Below the pieces are notes generated by a model. The model made no database searches. It saw only the letters and a list, made by a program, of their open reading frames with translations, and had not been told where the DNA came from. The translations under genes and the position numbers were made by a program. This document shows positions 1 through 9,399 of a DNA stretch of 64,000 nt, piece by piece. Each line of letters starts with the position of its first letter. Position 1 is the stretch's first letter. The DNA is from an uncultured Alphaproteobacteria bacterium (GTDB lineage: Bacteria > Pseudomonadota > Alphaproteobacteria > RF32 > CAG-239). The DNA is taken from NCBI GenBank assembly GCA_944390355.1, contig CALXPT010000001.1, positions 47,115 to 111,114 of the forward strand, read 5' to 3'.

Positions 1-306
1 GGGAATTTCTTGTGTCGGATTGCGATTGACGCTCAAAGCCAACTTTACCAAATGAACCAAATTTTGCGGAAGTTTGTCATACTCGACGGTTGCTTTTGCG
101 TTGGTTTGTTTTATTAAATTGTATATTAACGCAACCAAGGTCGAATCCCATGCTTCTAGCTCTGCTCCTTCTATGCGAATCTTGGTTATGTTTTGGGCTC
201 GGGCATCCGCATACAGTCCGGTTCTTTTGGCATCGTTATCCTCATTTTTTATATTTCCGGACAACTGAAGAGTCAGCGTATTTTGTTCTATTTGATATTC
301 TAACAA
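1..306 (-). CDS. Partial CDS (5' end in window, continues past position 1); hypothetical, possibly STAS-like
   Basis: Manual reverse-strand translation gives 102 codons without a stop from a TTG at ~306 that follows an in-frame stop; GAAGGGG Shine-Dalgarno upstream. The peptide ...LTLQLSGNIKNEDNDAKRTGLYADARAQNITKIRIEGAELEAWDSTLVALIYNLIKQ... resembles a STAS domain. It is absent from the ORF track because it is truncated by the window edge. Confidence 0.35.
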   Translation of the reverse strand, partial: MLEYQIEQNTLTLQLSGNIKNEDNDAKRTGLYADARAQNITKIRIEGAELEAWDSTLVALIYNLIKQTNAKATVEYDKLPQNLVHLVKLALSVNRNPTQEIP

Positions 307-407
307 AAAAAATGCCCCTTCTCTAAATTCTTATTTTTAATTAATATAATATGTTCTTCAGATTATTCAACTTATTTTCATTTGCTTTACAAGTTGGTAT
401 GTATATC

Positions 408-1976
408 TTAGTCTCGACCGCCGCGACCATGCTTTTTGAGCTCTTCTGCGACCATGTAACTCATGCTGTCAGAATTGCCCCTTATGTTCGGGTTCGTGAT
501 ACTAGCTTGGTTATTTATGAAAACGCGGCAATCCCTGTTATGCTCATTATCCAATACATCCAGTTTTTCCGCTACGATTATGCAGCCTTGTCTTTGGTTT
601 ATATCTCTTTCCGAACTGCTTAAGGATATCAACCACGGGTCGCTTTTAAATTTTTTATCAAGATTTATCATTAACAAATCTTTGTTATCGCCCATGTGTT
701 CTCTTTGGTGATTGCGGCCGACCGAGGCGCCTTGGGCTATGCGGTCATCTTCTATCAAGACTAAATTCGAGGCGTCATTAGAACCGCCGAATGTTACATT
801 ATCTTTATGATGGACGCTGACATAACTCGGAACATAGCCATCATATTTTTTATCGGCAAATCTTGGATTGTTCCGAATATCCGGCTCGCCTTCTTTCATG
901 CTCTCAACCCAATCATTGAGGTATTCATCCGAGCTGCCGGCTTGTTTTTTGGCCTGCAAAATTTGTTCCAAAGTTTTTTTATCCGCAACCAGCTTTTGGC
1001 AAAACTCTTTGCGCGGCGTGTTGGTATTTTTGGTGTATTCCGAAAACTCTATAACCCTTTCCGGACGATACGCCGCCGCTAATATATCGGCAAAATCGTA
1101 GCTGTTCATTTGATTGGCCGTTTCATTGCTTATGCCCTTTTGCGCCAAGGCCTCTTGCAATACGCCCACCATTTGGCGCAGATTTAGGCTGTCCGCAAAT
1201 GTTTTTATCAACGGATTTTCTTCTAACAGATTATATTCCGACGCACTACGCCTTCTATCTATTCGGGCGAGGCGCGGGCCGTTGTTTGAGCGGTGCATTT
1301 CGCTTCTTTCTTCAAGATAGGCCGGCGTATAACAATTTATGGCGACTTTTTTATCCTCATCCTGTGGCAGATAAAATTTGGCGTCCATCACGCAGCGCGC
1401 CATTTGGTTTTCTTCCGGCGTTAATTTTATTTTATCCTTCCCTGCAACACCCACAATACGGCGGCTGATTTTGCGCCCGAAATGCGCCAAGGCTCGGTTG
1501 GTTAACACATACGCTTGGTCATTATACGCATTGTTGTGATAATCTTCTATGATTTTGCTTATTATCACATCTTTTTCCTGCGTATCAAACAAGCTTAGAT
1601 GCGCCTTGATGTCTTCTGCGCTCTTACTCTGATCCTGAAAATATTTGACCTCTTCTTCAAAGCGCATATTTTCACTCAATCTCATCGCCATGGCTTTGTC
1701 TGCTTTGGCGTCTTGCGCTTGGGTTGCCAAAAGCGAATCCTTAAACAAACCATAAATTTTGTGTGCTTTATGTTTTTCTTCATCCGGCAAAATTTGTTCC
1801 AACTGTCTGGTATATGGTTTTAGCATATCTAGGTTGGTGGATTTGTCTTTGATTAAATCTCTTATTCTTTTCAAGAGTTTGACTTTTTGCTCATCATATT
1901 TTACCGCCTTGATTCTCAGTCTTATTGCCGGTGCGTTTAATTGTTGTTCTATTGTTTGCTTTGTTTTTTCGTCCAT
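408..1976 (-). CDS. Hypothetical protein, 522 aa; soluble, charged, no recognisable domain
   Basis: Long ORF from the six-frame track with no motif I can place; possibly lineage-specific or effector-like. Confidence 0.5.
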   Translation of the reverse strand: MDEKTKQTIEQQLNAPAIRLRIKAVKYDEQKVKLLKRIRDLIKDKSTNLDMLKPYTRQLEQILPDEEKHKAHKIYGLFKDSLLATQAQDAKADKAMAMRLSENMRFEEEVKYFQDQSKSAEDIKAHLSLFDTQEKDVIISKIIEDYHNNAYNDQAYVLTNRALAHFGRKISRRIVGVAGKDKIKLTPEENQMARCVMDAKFYLPQDEDKKVAINCYTPAYLEERSEMHRSNNGPRLARIDRRRSASEYNLLEENPLIKTFADSLNLRQMVGVLQEALAQKGISNETANQMNSYDFADILAAAYRPERVIEFSEYTKNTNTPRKEFCQKLVADKKTLEQILQAKKQAGSSDEYLNDWVESMKEGEPDIRNNPRFADKKYDGYVPSYVSVHHKDNVTFGGSNDASNLVLIEDDRIAQGASVGRNHQREHMGDNKDLLMINLDKKFKSDPWLISLSSSERDINQRQGCIIVAEKLDVLDNEHNRDCRVFINNQASITNPNIRGNSDSMSYMVAEELKKHGRGGRD

Positions 1977-2133
1977 TGTTTTTTGCCTTACGTTAATTCT
2001 TTATTTTTTTTATTTTACTCTTTATTGGTTAATATTTAAATAATTATTTTTTGTCGAAACTCGATTTATCCTCTTGACTTATAGACAAAAATGTGCTATG
2101 TAGTTCTTGTTCATTTATTAAATAGATACAATT

Positions 2134-2490
2134 ATGGGAAAGATTAAATTTTGCTCCTTGGAGTTCTTTGCCAAGCATTTTAATGTGCCGGAAAAAGATC
2201 TTCAGTGGGGCTTTATAAAAAATGTCCTCCATACAGAGGAGGAACCTAAAATCGGAATTATCGTCAAAAACACAAATCTTGCCATTGATGTGCTCAAAGG
2301 CGAGTTTGTCAGCGAAATTCCCAATGAAGTTGTTTTCATCAAAGCGCGCGCCGTCCTTATCGGTGCTGTGCTGGTTATGAGAGCCCTTTCCGCCGATGGG
2401 CTGGAAGGTGAGATTTCGGAACATACGCTGTCCGTCGTGTATAGAAACCGATGGTATACACCGGAGCTCAACGGACAGGTTATCCTGTAA
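2134..2490 (+). CDS. Hypothetical protein, 118 aa
   Basis: ORF with TTGACT-17-TATGTA promoter-like sequence upstream, followed by a bidirectional terminator. Confidence 0.45.
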   Translation: MGKIKFCSLEFFAKHFNVPEKDLQWGFIKNVLHTEEEPKIGIIVKNTNLAIDVLKGEFVSEIPNEVVFIKARAVLIGAVLVMRALSADGLEGEISEHTLSVVYRNRWYTPELNGQVIL

Positions 2491-2508
2491 TAATACCTAC
2501 TTTTCGAA

Positions 2509-2545
2509 TAAAGCCTGTCGTGATGACAGGCTTTATTCTTTTTCT
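2509..2545. terminator. Bidirectional rho-independent terminator
   Basis: Hairpin aaagcctgtc-gtgatg-acaggcttt flanked by A-run and T-run, between convergent genes. Confidence 0.6.
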
Positions 2546-3541
2546 TTAAGCTTTGGAACTCGGCTTTTTGCCGGCGTCAAACATCTGTTTGATGCCATCA
2601 AGTGAACTTAATATGCCGGTCGCCTCATAGGGCATATAGACTACTTTATTGTTCTCTCCCTCCGTGATACCTTTTAGGGTTTCAAGATACTTCATCGCTA
2701 TGAGGTATTTATCCGGCTGGCCATGGTTTGCTATTGCCTCGGTTACCATGCGAATTGCATTAGCTTCGGCTTCGGCAGTTTTAATCCGTGCTTCCGCCTG
2801 ACCTTCCGCCTGCAAAATTGCCGACTTTTTGGCTCCTTCGGCTTTGTTTATTTCGGCTTCTTTCTGCCCTTCCGCTTTCAAAATCGATGACTTTTTCTCG
2901 CCTTCGGCTTCCAAAATCGCTGCTCGACGCTCTCGCTCGGCCTTCATTTGTTTTTCCATCGCCTGCTGTATGTCCGCCGGCGGAATGATGTCTTGCAATT
3001 CTACGCGGTTGACTTTTACACCCCATTTATTGGTCGCTTCATCCAAAATCGCGCGGAGCTCATGATTGATTTTGTCGCGCGAAACCAAGGTCTCATCCAA
3101 ATCTATTGCGCCGACTAAATTACGCAAGGTGGTTTGGGTTAATTTTTCTATGGCTTCCGGAAGATTTTGAATCTCGTATACGGCACTCTTGGCATCCACT
3201 ATTTGAAAATACAGCAATGCATTGATGCTTATCGTTACATTATCTTTCGTTATCACATTTTGGCGCGGAAAATCATATACTGCCTCGCGCAAATCAATCT
3301 TCAACCGCTCTTTGATATACGAATAACTCTCGCCATTGGGCAATTTGGTGGTCATTTTCCATGAAATATAGCGCGGGGATTCCAGAATCGGAAATATAAA
3401 GTTCAACCCCGGGCCTAATTCCTTTTCAAATTTTCCCAAACGTTCGACTATTACCGCTTCTGCCTGCTGGACAATAATCAATCCTTTTATAAAATAAATT
3501 ACCACTGCCGCGATTAAGATTACTTCAAGTGTTACGTTCAT
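2546..3541 (-). CDS. SPFH/band-7 (stomatin/HflC-like) membrane protein
   Basis: N-terminal TM, SPFH core, C-terminal AEGEK/AEGQKEAE coiled-coil repeats. Start placed at the third Met (MNVTLEV...) with AAAGGA Shine-Dalgarno, 1 nt after the nfeD stop. Confidence 0.8.
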   Translation of the reverse strand: MNVTLEVILIAAVVIYFIKGLIIVQQAEAVIVERLGKFEKELGPGLNFIFPILESPRYISWKMTTKLPNGESYSYIKERLKIDLREAVYDFPRQNVITKDNVTISINALLYFQIVDAKSAVYEIQNLPEAIEKLTQTTLRNLVGAIDLDETLVSRDKINHELRAILDEATNKWGVKVNRVELQDIIPPADIQQAMEKQMKAERERRAAILEAEGEKKSSILKAEGQKEAEINKAEGAKKSAILQAEGQAEARIKTAEAEANAIRMVTEAIANHGQPDKYLIAMKYLETLKGITEGENNKVVYMPYEATGILSSLDGIKQMFDAGKKPSSKA

Positions 3542-3542
3542 G

Positions 3543-3980
3543 TTAGTTTTCCTTTCTGACATATAATATGAGGTTTTCATTTTTTTCTATAATCACGGTT
3601 TCGCCAACCTTGATTTTTTCTCCGTTCGTACTTCTGGCGTTCCAGCGTTCATCAAATATACTCACGACGCCGCTGTCTTTTGAGACTTCTTTCAAAACTT
3701 TGGCTTTTGAACCAATGTACCTGCCTATGCCGGTTAAGGCTTGCTCCTTGCTGTTCCTTTTTACCAAAAGCGGACGAAATACAAATAATCCAATCAACGC
3801 GGTGATTACCCATACCCAGACCAAAATACTTGTGTTTGCAGTGAATAACGACACGCCCGCTGTTACAAAACTCGCTAAAGCCAAATTCAGAAAGAACATC
3901 CCTGGGGTCAACATCTCTAAAATAATCAACACTACACCGCTGATACATAGGTTTTGCCAGTTGGAAAAATCTTCTAACAT
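3543..3980 (-). CDS. NfeD-family membrane protein (stomatin operon partner)
   Basis: Three TM segments plus a C-terminal OB-like domain; immediately upstream of, and translationally coupled to, the SPFH gene, the classic nfeD-stomatin pair. Confidence 0.7.
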   Translation of the reverse strand: MLEDFSNWQNLCISGVVLIILEMLTPGMFFLNLALASFVTAGVSLFTANTSILVWVWVITALIGLFVFRPLLVKRNSKEQALTGIGRYIGSKAKVLKEVSKDSGVVSIFDERWNARSTNGEKIKVGETVIIEKNENLILYVRKEN

Positions 3981-3992
3981 CTTTTTATCTCC

Positions 3993-4394
3993 TCATCTTT
4001 TATTTTGCTTAAAATATTCTACCAACGCATTTAAAATCGGTTTATCGGCTGCGGCAAAATCATAGCTGTCCACATCTAAGGGATTAATCCATTTTATTTG
4101 CTCATGCGAATCCATATATTCTATCTTATCGCTCGGAGCTTCTACCCAAAAAGCATTGAGCGAAATGCTAAAGTCCGGATATTCATAACGGCTCTCCATG
4201 AAAAAATCTTTCACCTTCGAATCCATGTGAAATTCTTCCATTAACTCTCGGTGCAAGCATTCTTCCAAGCTCTCGCCTTCTTCAAGTTTGCCTCCGGGGA
4301 ATTCCCATTTGTATTCCAGACTTTTGCCTCGTTTCCTTTGGGCTATCAGCAATTTGTTTTGATACATTATCAGTCCAGCAGAAACGATTTTCAT
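3993..4394 (-). CDS. NUDIX hydrolase (MutT-like)
   Basis: Nudix box GKWEFPGGKLEEGESLEECLHRELMEE; start moved to the internal Met (MKIVSAG...) 6 nt after the upstream gene's stop. Confidence 0.75.
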   Translation of the reverse strand: MKIVSAGLIMYQNKLLIAQRKRGKSLEYKWEFPGGKLEEGESLEECLHRELMEEFHMDSKVKDFFMESRYEYPDFSISLNAFWVEAPSDKIEYMDSHEQIKWINPLDVDSYDFAAADKPILNALVEYFKQNKR

Positions 4395-4399
4395 GGCAC

Positions 4400-5062
4400 T
4401 TATCCTATTATGCGTTGCAACAGGGCAAAGGACTGTTCTCCGGCTGTTTCCCAAAAATGTTCGTATTGCGCCTCATGGTTGTCTACCCCAGGGGTGTCAC
4501 TTATAATTCTCAAGCTTAAAAACGGAACTTTATACATATAACAGACTTGGGCAATGGCGGTCGTTTCCATATCTACAACATCTGCACTCGGGTGAATGTC
4601 TAAAATGTGTTCAACTTCCGACTTTGTACTGACAAAGCGGTCGCCGCTGGTGATAAACGCACTTTGGGCTCCACATGATGCGGCTCGTTTTAACCAATTA
4701 TCATCAGGATAAAAGTAAAGCGGAAAATCCTGAACTCGTCCTTCTTCCTCACCGCAAAAAACATCGTAATATGCGCATTGCCGCCCCACAACAATATCCA
4801 TTACTTTTAGCTTGGGCGTTAAGCTGCCGGCAGCTCCCGTGTTGATTATAATATCGGGAGAAAAGCGGTGTATCAATTCTACGGTTGCCGTTGCCGCACA
4901 TACCTTCCCTATGCCGGATTGGGCTATTGTTAATTCGTCCGAATTGTGTTTCCCTGAAAAAATATGTATATTGCCGATGATTTCTTCTTTTTTATCTTGA
5001 AGGAGAGACGCCAAAAGAGCTATCTCTTTACTCATTGCGGCTATAATCACTATTTTTCGCAT
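4400..5062 (-). CDS. mtnN: 5'-methylthioadenosine/S-adenosylhomocysteine nucleosidase
   Basis: Pfs/MtnN family length and motifs (VDMETTAIAQV, SGIGKV). Confidence 0.75.
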   Translation of the reverse strand: MRKIVIIAAMSKEIALLASLLQDKKEEIIGNIHIFSGKHNSDELTIAQSGIGKVCAATATVELIHRFSPDIIINTGAAGSLTPKLKVMDIVVGRQCAYYDVFCGEEEGRVQDFPLYFYPDDNWLKRAASCGAQSAFITSGDRFVSTKSEVEHILDIHPSADVVDMETTAIAQVCYMYKVPFLSLRIISDTPGVDNHEAQYEHFWETAGEQSFALLQRIIG

Positions 5063-5073
5063 TTTGAAACTTT

Positions 5074-5724
5074 CTAATTATAGAAGAACGGTGAGAAACC
5101 TAAACGTACACCCAGCATAATTTCCTGCATTTTATCTATTCCGGGGACATCTATGAATACATAGCGAAACATTGCTCGGAATGATACATATTCATCTAAA
5201 TTAATTTGAATACCCGCTCCTACTCGAGGTGCTAAGCTATCTTCTTTATCGGTATATTTTCTGACCGGCGTGCCGCCGTTGGTGTATTTAAATTTGGTTT
5301 CAAACTCATATTGTCCGACACCGGCAGATAAAAGCCAATCTACTTTATCCGTGGAGCGTATGTAGGCAATAAAATCCAGCCCATAAGACTGATAACGAGT
5401 CTCCGATTTTAACTGGGAATTCATGCTATAGACATTATACATTTTATGATCTTTGCGCCCAGACATCTGGTAGGAAGCCTCAATTCCCAATCTTTCGCTA
5501 AAGTTATAGCCGACATTTATCGCTGCCGTCGGCATGTTCTTGGGATAATCTATCTCTTGTGTAACCTGCGGGTTGCTCATTTTAAATGTCGGACCACCGT
5601 TTACTTTGTTAAAGTCATAAATAAAGTCCGTTCCGATATAGTATTGATTGGGTACGGCCGATGCTTCTTCTATATACAGCATTGCCACCAATGGCATTAT
5701 CATATACCCCAACCGATGTTTCAT
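5074..5724 (-). CDS. Outer-membrane beta-barrel protein (OmpA-like/opacity family)
   Basis: Signal peptide MKHRLGYMIMPLVAMLY, alternating hydrophobic beta-strands, aromatic C-terminus; start taken at the internal Met. Confidence 0.6.
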   Translation of the reverse strand: MKHRLGYMIMPLVAMLYIEEASAVPNQYYIGTDFIYDFNKVNGGPTFKMSNPQVTQEIDYPKNMPTAAINVGYNFSERLGIEASYQMSGRKDHKMYNVYSMNSQLKSETRYQSYGLDFIAYIRSTDKVDWLLSAGVGQYEFETKFKYTNGGTPVRKYTDKEDSLAPRVGAGIQINLDEYVSFRAMFRYVFIDVPGIDKMQEIMLGVRLGFSPFFYN

Positions 5725-5906
5725 GTGCGTCCTCTCTTCATTCTTCCTTATACCGCTGGTTTTATTCTTAACGTATTTCCTTTCTTCTTGCAAGGTTTCT
5801 CTCTGATTTATCCTCTCTTTAAATTATTGAAGAGGATAAGCCTTAAATCTCTCTATTCTTTGGCAATTATTTGTTTTATACTTGCTCCTAATCGGAGTTC
5901 TAATAT

Positions 5907-6627
5907 GAAAGACAAATATTCAAGCATTGTTATCTTAACCGGTGCAGGTATTTCGGCCGAATCCGGTCTGGCTACGTTTCGAAGCTCAAACGGCTTGTGG
6001 AATAACCATAAAGTTGAAGATGTCGCTACCATTGAGGCTTTTCAACGAAACCCTGAATTTGTTCATGATTTCTATAATCAAATGAAACCTGAACTTCTCA
6101 GCGCGAAACCTAATCCCGCTCATTTGGCCATTACTAAACTCCAAGATAAATATCCGGCTCCAGTTGCCGTGATTACTCAGAATGTTGACACCTTACACGA
6201 AAAAGCCGGCAGTCGTAATATTTATCATATTCACGGGCAGATTAACCAAGCCGTTTGTCTCAATTGTTCCCATGTGCTGGAAACTTGGAATGATGTTACG
6301 ACCGAAACTATTTGCCCTAACTGCTCGGTTGCAGGTATGATGAAACCCAATATTGTCTTCTTTGGTGAGAATTTGCTCTATATGGATAAGGTGGAGCGTC
6401 TGCTCGCAGGTTGTGATTTGTTTTTATCCATCGGAACATCAGGCGTGGTTTTTCCTGCTGCCGCTTTTGTGCAAACTGCCAAACTCTATGGTGCAGTAAC
6501 CTATGAATTTAATTTGGAGCCGACTTCCAATAATTTTTATTTTGACCACCATATCATGGGAAAAGCCGGTGAAACTTTGCCTAAGTTTGTTGATGATTTG
6601 TTGGCTCTAAATGCTCAATCGTCCTAA
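5907..6627 (+). CDS. cobB: NAD-dependent protein deacylase (Sir2/CobB family)
   Basis: GAGISAESG(L)ATFR, Zn-Cys pairs CLNCS...CPNC, QNVDTLHE; real start is MKDKYSS, the upstream part of the track ORF is spurious. Confidence 0.85.
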
Positions 6628-6639
6628 ACAGATGTCGTC

Positions 6640-7554
6640 TCAGGCATTGAAATTTAAGCCCCATTCACTATAACGTGCGGGGTCGTTTCCCCAATCGGCG
6701 CGCACCTTTACAAACAAAAACAGGTGTACGCGCTCTTCCAATAAATCTTCTATTTCTTTTCGTGCCGCTTGCCCGATTTTTTTTATCATACTGCCATTTT
6801 TGCCCAGAACTATAATCTTGTGGCTATCTCTTTGTACATAAATCGTCATCTCGGCGCGAATCGAATTATCTTCTCTTCTTTGCCATAATTCCGGCTCTAC
6901 CGTTAACTCATAGGGGACTTCTTGCTGTAAGTACAAAAAAAGTTTTTCTCTTACGATTTCGGCGGCTAATAGCTTTAGGGGCATATCCGACATTTGCTCT
7001 TCGGGATAATACCATGGACTCTCCGGCAGATGCTCTGACAGATAGGCATAAAACTCTTCTATGTGTTCTCCGTTTTTGGCTGATATCATAAAAGTTTCAT
7101 CAAAGCGAAATTTTTCATTTAAGGCTGCACTTAATTCCAGCAGCTTTTCTTTTTTTAGCAAATCTATCTTATTGAGTACCAAAACCGCTTTTTGCTTGTT
7201 TTCTACTAATTTATTTATAATCTCATCAACTTGCGGGGTTATTCCCGAATGAGCGTCTACCACCAAAACCGTTATGTCGGCGTCTCCCGCTCCCGTCCAT
7301 GCGCTTGCGACCATGGCTCGGTCCAAGCGGCGTTTGGGCGTGAAAATCCCAGGGGTATCCAGAAAGATTATTTGTGTATTTTTATATATTCCTATCCCTT
7401 TTATTGTGGTTCTGGTTGTTTGCTCCTTCGGCGATACTATTGATACTTTTGAGCCGACAAAGTCATTGGTTATCGTGGATTTTCCGGCATTCGGCGCGCC
7501 TATTAAAGCTACAAATCCACAGCGTGAAATGTCCTGCATGGTATTATTTGACAT
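6640..7554 (-). CDS. era: GTPase Era
   Basis: G1 GAPNAGKST, G3 DTPG, G4 NKID, C-terminal KH domain; 11-nt overlap with rnc. Confidence 0.9.
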   Translation of the reverse strand: MSNNTMQDISRCGFVALIGAPNAGKSTITNDFVGSKVSIVSPKEQTTRTTIKGIGIYKNTQIIFLDTPGIFTPKRRLDRAMVASAWTGAGDADITVLVVDAHSGITPQVDEIINKLVENKQKAVLVLNKIDLLKKEKLLELSAALNEKFRFDETFMISAKNGEHIEEFYAYLSEHLPESPWYYPEEQMSDMPLKLLAAEIVREKLFLYLQQEVPYELTVEPELWQRREDNSIRAEMTIYVQRDSHKIIVLGKNGSMIKKIGQAARKEIEDLLEERVHLFLFVKVRADWGNDPARYSEWGLNFNA

Positions 7555-8224
7555 TTGTCGGTAGCTCCCTGATTTTTAAGAGCATTTTATGGGCGGCATC
7601 TTGCTCGGCCAGTTTTTTGTTGCGTCCCTGCCCGACTTCCGGAGATACTCCCTTGAGATTGACCGCTATGTGATACAGCGGATCATGCTCCGAACCTTCT
7701 CTTGAAACAACCTCATAACTCGGAACGCCTAATCCTTTGATATGTGAAACTTCCTGAAGAAGAGTTTTGCTGTCTTTGGGCGGGGTTATGCTTTTGTGTA
7801 ATAAGTCTTCCCAATTACGTTTAACATATGTCCATGCTTGTTCATAGCCGCCATCCAGATATATTGCGCCTATCACCGCCTCCCCAACATCGCACAAAAC
7901 ATTGTCATTTTCCCTTATGTCTTCGTTGGCAATGTGAACAAACTCATCTATCTTTAAGTTTCTTGAAACTTCCGCAACCGTCTCCTTGCAGACCAACAGC
8001 GTATGCCTTTGCGACAAGCTCCCCTCCGGCTCGTTTGAAAATGTTTGATAGAGCATTGTTGCTACACACAGGCCTAAAACCCTATCACCCAAAAACTCCA
8101 AACGTTCGTAATTCTCGGATATTTTGCCGGTACAACTTCCGTGTGTCAGTGCCTGTTCCAGAAGTTTTGTGTTCTTAAACTTATACTGCAGATGGTATTC
8201 CAATTCTTCGGGATTTTTTATCAT
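7544..8224 (-). CDS. rnc: Ribonuclease III
   Basis: RNase III signature ERLEFLGDRVL plus C-terminal dsRBD. Confidence 0.9.
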   Translation of the reverse strand: MIKNPEELEYHLQYKFKNTKLLEQALTHGSCTGKISENYERLEFLGDRVLGLCVATMLYQTFSNEPEGSLSQRHTLLVCKETVAEVSRNLKIDEFVHIANEDIRENDNVLCDVGEAVIGAIYLDGGYEQAWTYVKRNWEDLLHKSITPPKDSKTLLQEVSHIKGLGVPSYEVVSREGSEHDPLYHIAVNLKGVSPEVGQGRNKKLAEQDAAHKMLLKIRELPTNVK

Positions 8225-8232
8225 TGTTCCAC

Positions 8233-8953
8233 CTATTTGATTTTACTAAACAAGCGGCTCCAGCGAATCTGCCTCGGCAAATTCCATATTTGATACCATG
8301 GTTTATCACTACTCTCATACGAGAAAAATAATGCTCGCGCCTTACCGACCAAATTTTCGTAAGGAACAAAGCCAACGTTAACTCGGCTGTCATCCGAACG
8401 GTCGCGGTTATCGCCCATCATAAAGTAGTTTCCTTCCGGAATGGTGATTTCGGGTATGTTATCATAGACTTCCGAATCCGATATCTCAATTATTTTGTGC
8501 TTAACTCCTTCCGGCAAGGTTTCTATGTATTGATTGTATCTCTCTACGTTTCCGTATTTATCTCTTAACACAAAATCTTCAATCTGCTCTCTGGCTACTT
8601 GCTGTCCGTTAATATATAACCGGCCTTCTTCTAATTTGATTTTGTCTCCGGGGAGGCCTATCACTCTTTTTATGTAGTCTTTTTTATTATCCGCCGGATA
8701 TTTGAATACCACTACATCGCCACGCTCGGGCTCATCTGCCCAAATGCGCCCGTCAAACAGCGGAATGCTGAACGGAAATGAATGTTTTGAATAGCCGTAA
8801 GTATATTTTGAGACAAACAAAAAATCTCCAACATAAAGACTCGGGTACATCGAACCTGAGGGTATCTTAAAAGGTTCAAAGAAAAACGTGCGTATAAATA
8901 CGGCTATTAACACCGCATAGATTATCGTTTTTATCGTATCCCACAAACTTTCT
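8233..8953 (-). CDS. lepB: Signal peptidase I
   Basis: S26 motifs (SGSMYPSL, GDNRDRSDDSR); start at MDKEES with AGAGG Shine-Dalgarno after the acpS stop. Confidence 0.85.
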
Positions 8954-8975
8954 TCTTTATCCATTTTTGCCTCTA

Positions 8976-9383
8976 TTAATTTTCTTCTATAATCACGACG
9001 GCCTGCGCCCACGGATAGTCATCACTCAAACTGATGTGCAAGCTGATTTTTTTATCGGTCTTTTGCATTTTTTCAAACTGTTGTAATGCTCCACCCGAAA
9101 GCTTGAGTTCCGGTTTGCCGGCATTGTTGTGTATGGTTTGAATATCGCGGAGATAAATCCCGTTTCTAAAACCCGTGCCTAATGCTTTGGAGCACGCTTC
9201 TTTGGCCGCAAAGCGTTTTGCTACCGAGGCGGCGTATTCCTGCTTGGAAATAAAATCTTTTGCCGCCAGTTCTTTGATTTCATCTGCACCCAAGGCTCTG
9301 TCAATCAAGCGATGACCATACGCATCTATCGAACGTTCAAAACGTGAGATGTTTGTTATATCCGAGCCAATACCCAAAATCAT
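8976..9383 (-). CDS. acpS: Holo-[acyl-carrier-protein] synthase
   Basis: MILGIGSDI start, 4'-phosphopantetheinyl transferase fold, about 135 aa. Confidence 0.85.
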   Translation of the reverse strand: MILGIGSDITNISRFERSIDAYGHRLIDRALGADEIKELAAKDFISKQEYAASVAKRFAAKEACSKALGTGFRNGIYLRDIQTIHNNAGKPELKLSGGALQQFEKMQKTDKKISLHISLSDDYPWAQAVVIIEEN

Positions 9384-9399
9384 GTTTTCTTTTCCTTTC

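Noticed and set aside
120-150. tRNA T-arm-like motif GGTCGAATCC near the window start (possible tRNA or att site)
   Set aside because: No acceptor, D or anticodon stems can be folded around it, and it lies inside the open minus-strand frame at 1..306.
5446-5906. N-terminal 150-aa extension of the cobB ORF in the track
   Set aside because: It overlaps the divergent outer-membrane-protein gene and its promoter; the Sir2 domain starts at MKDKYSS (5907).
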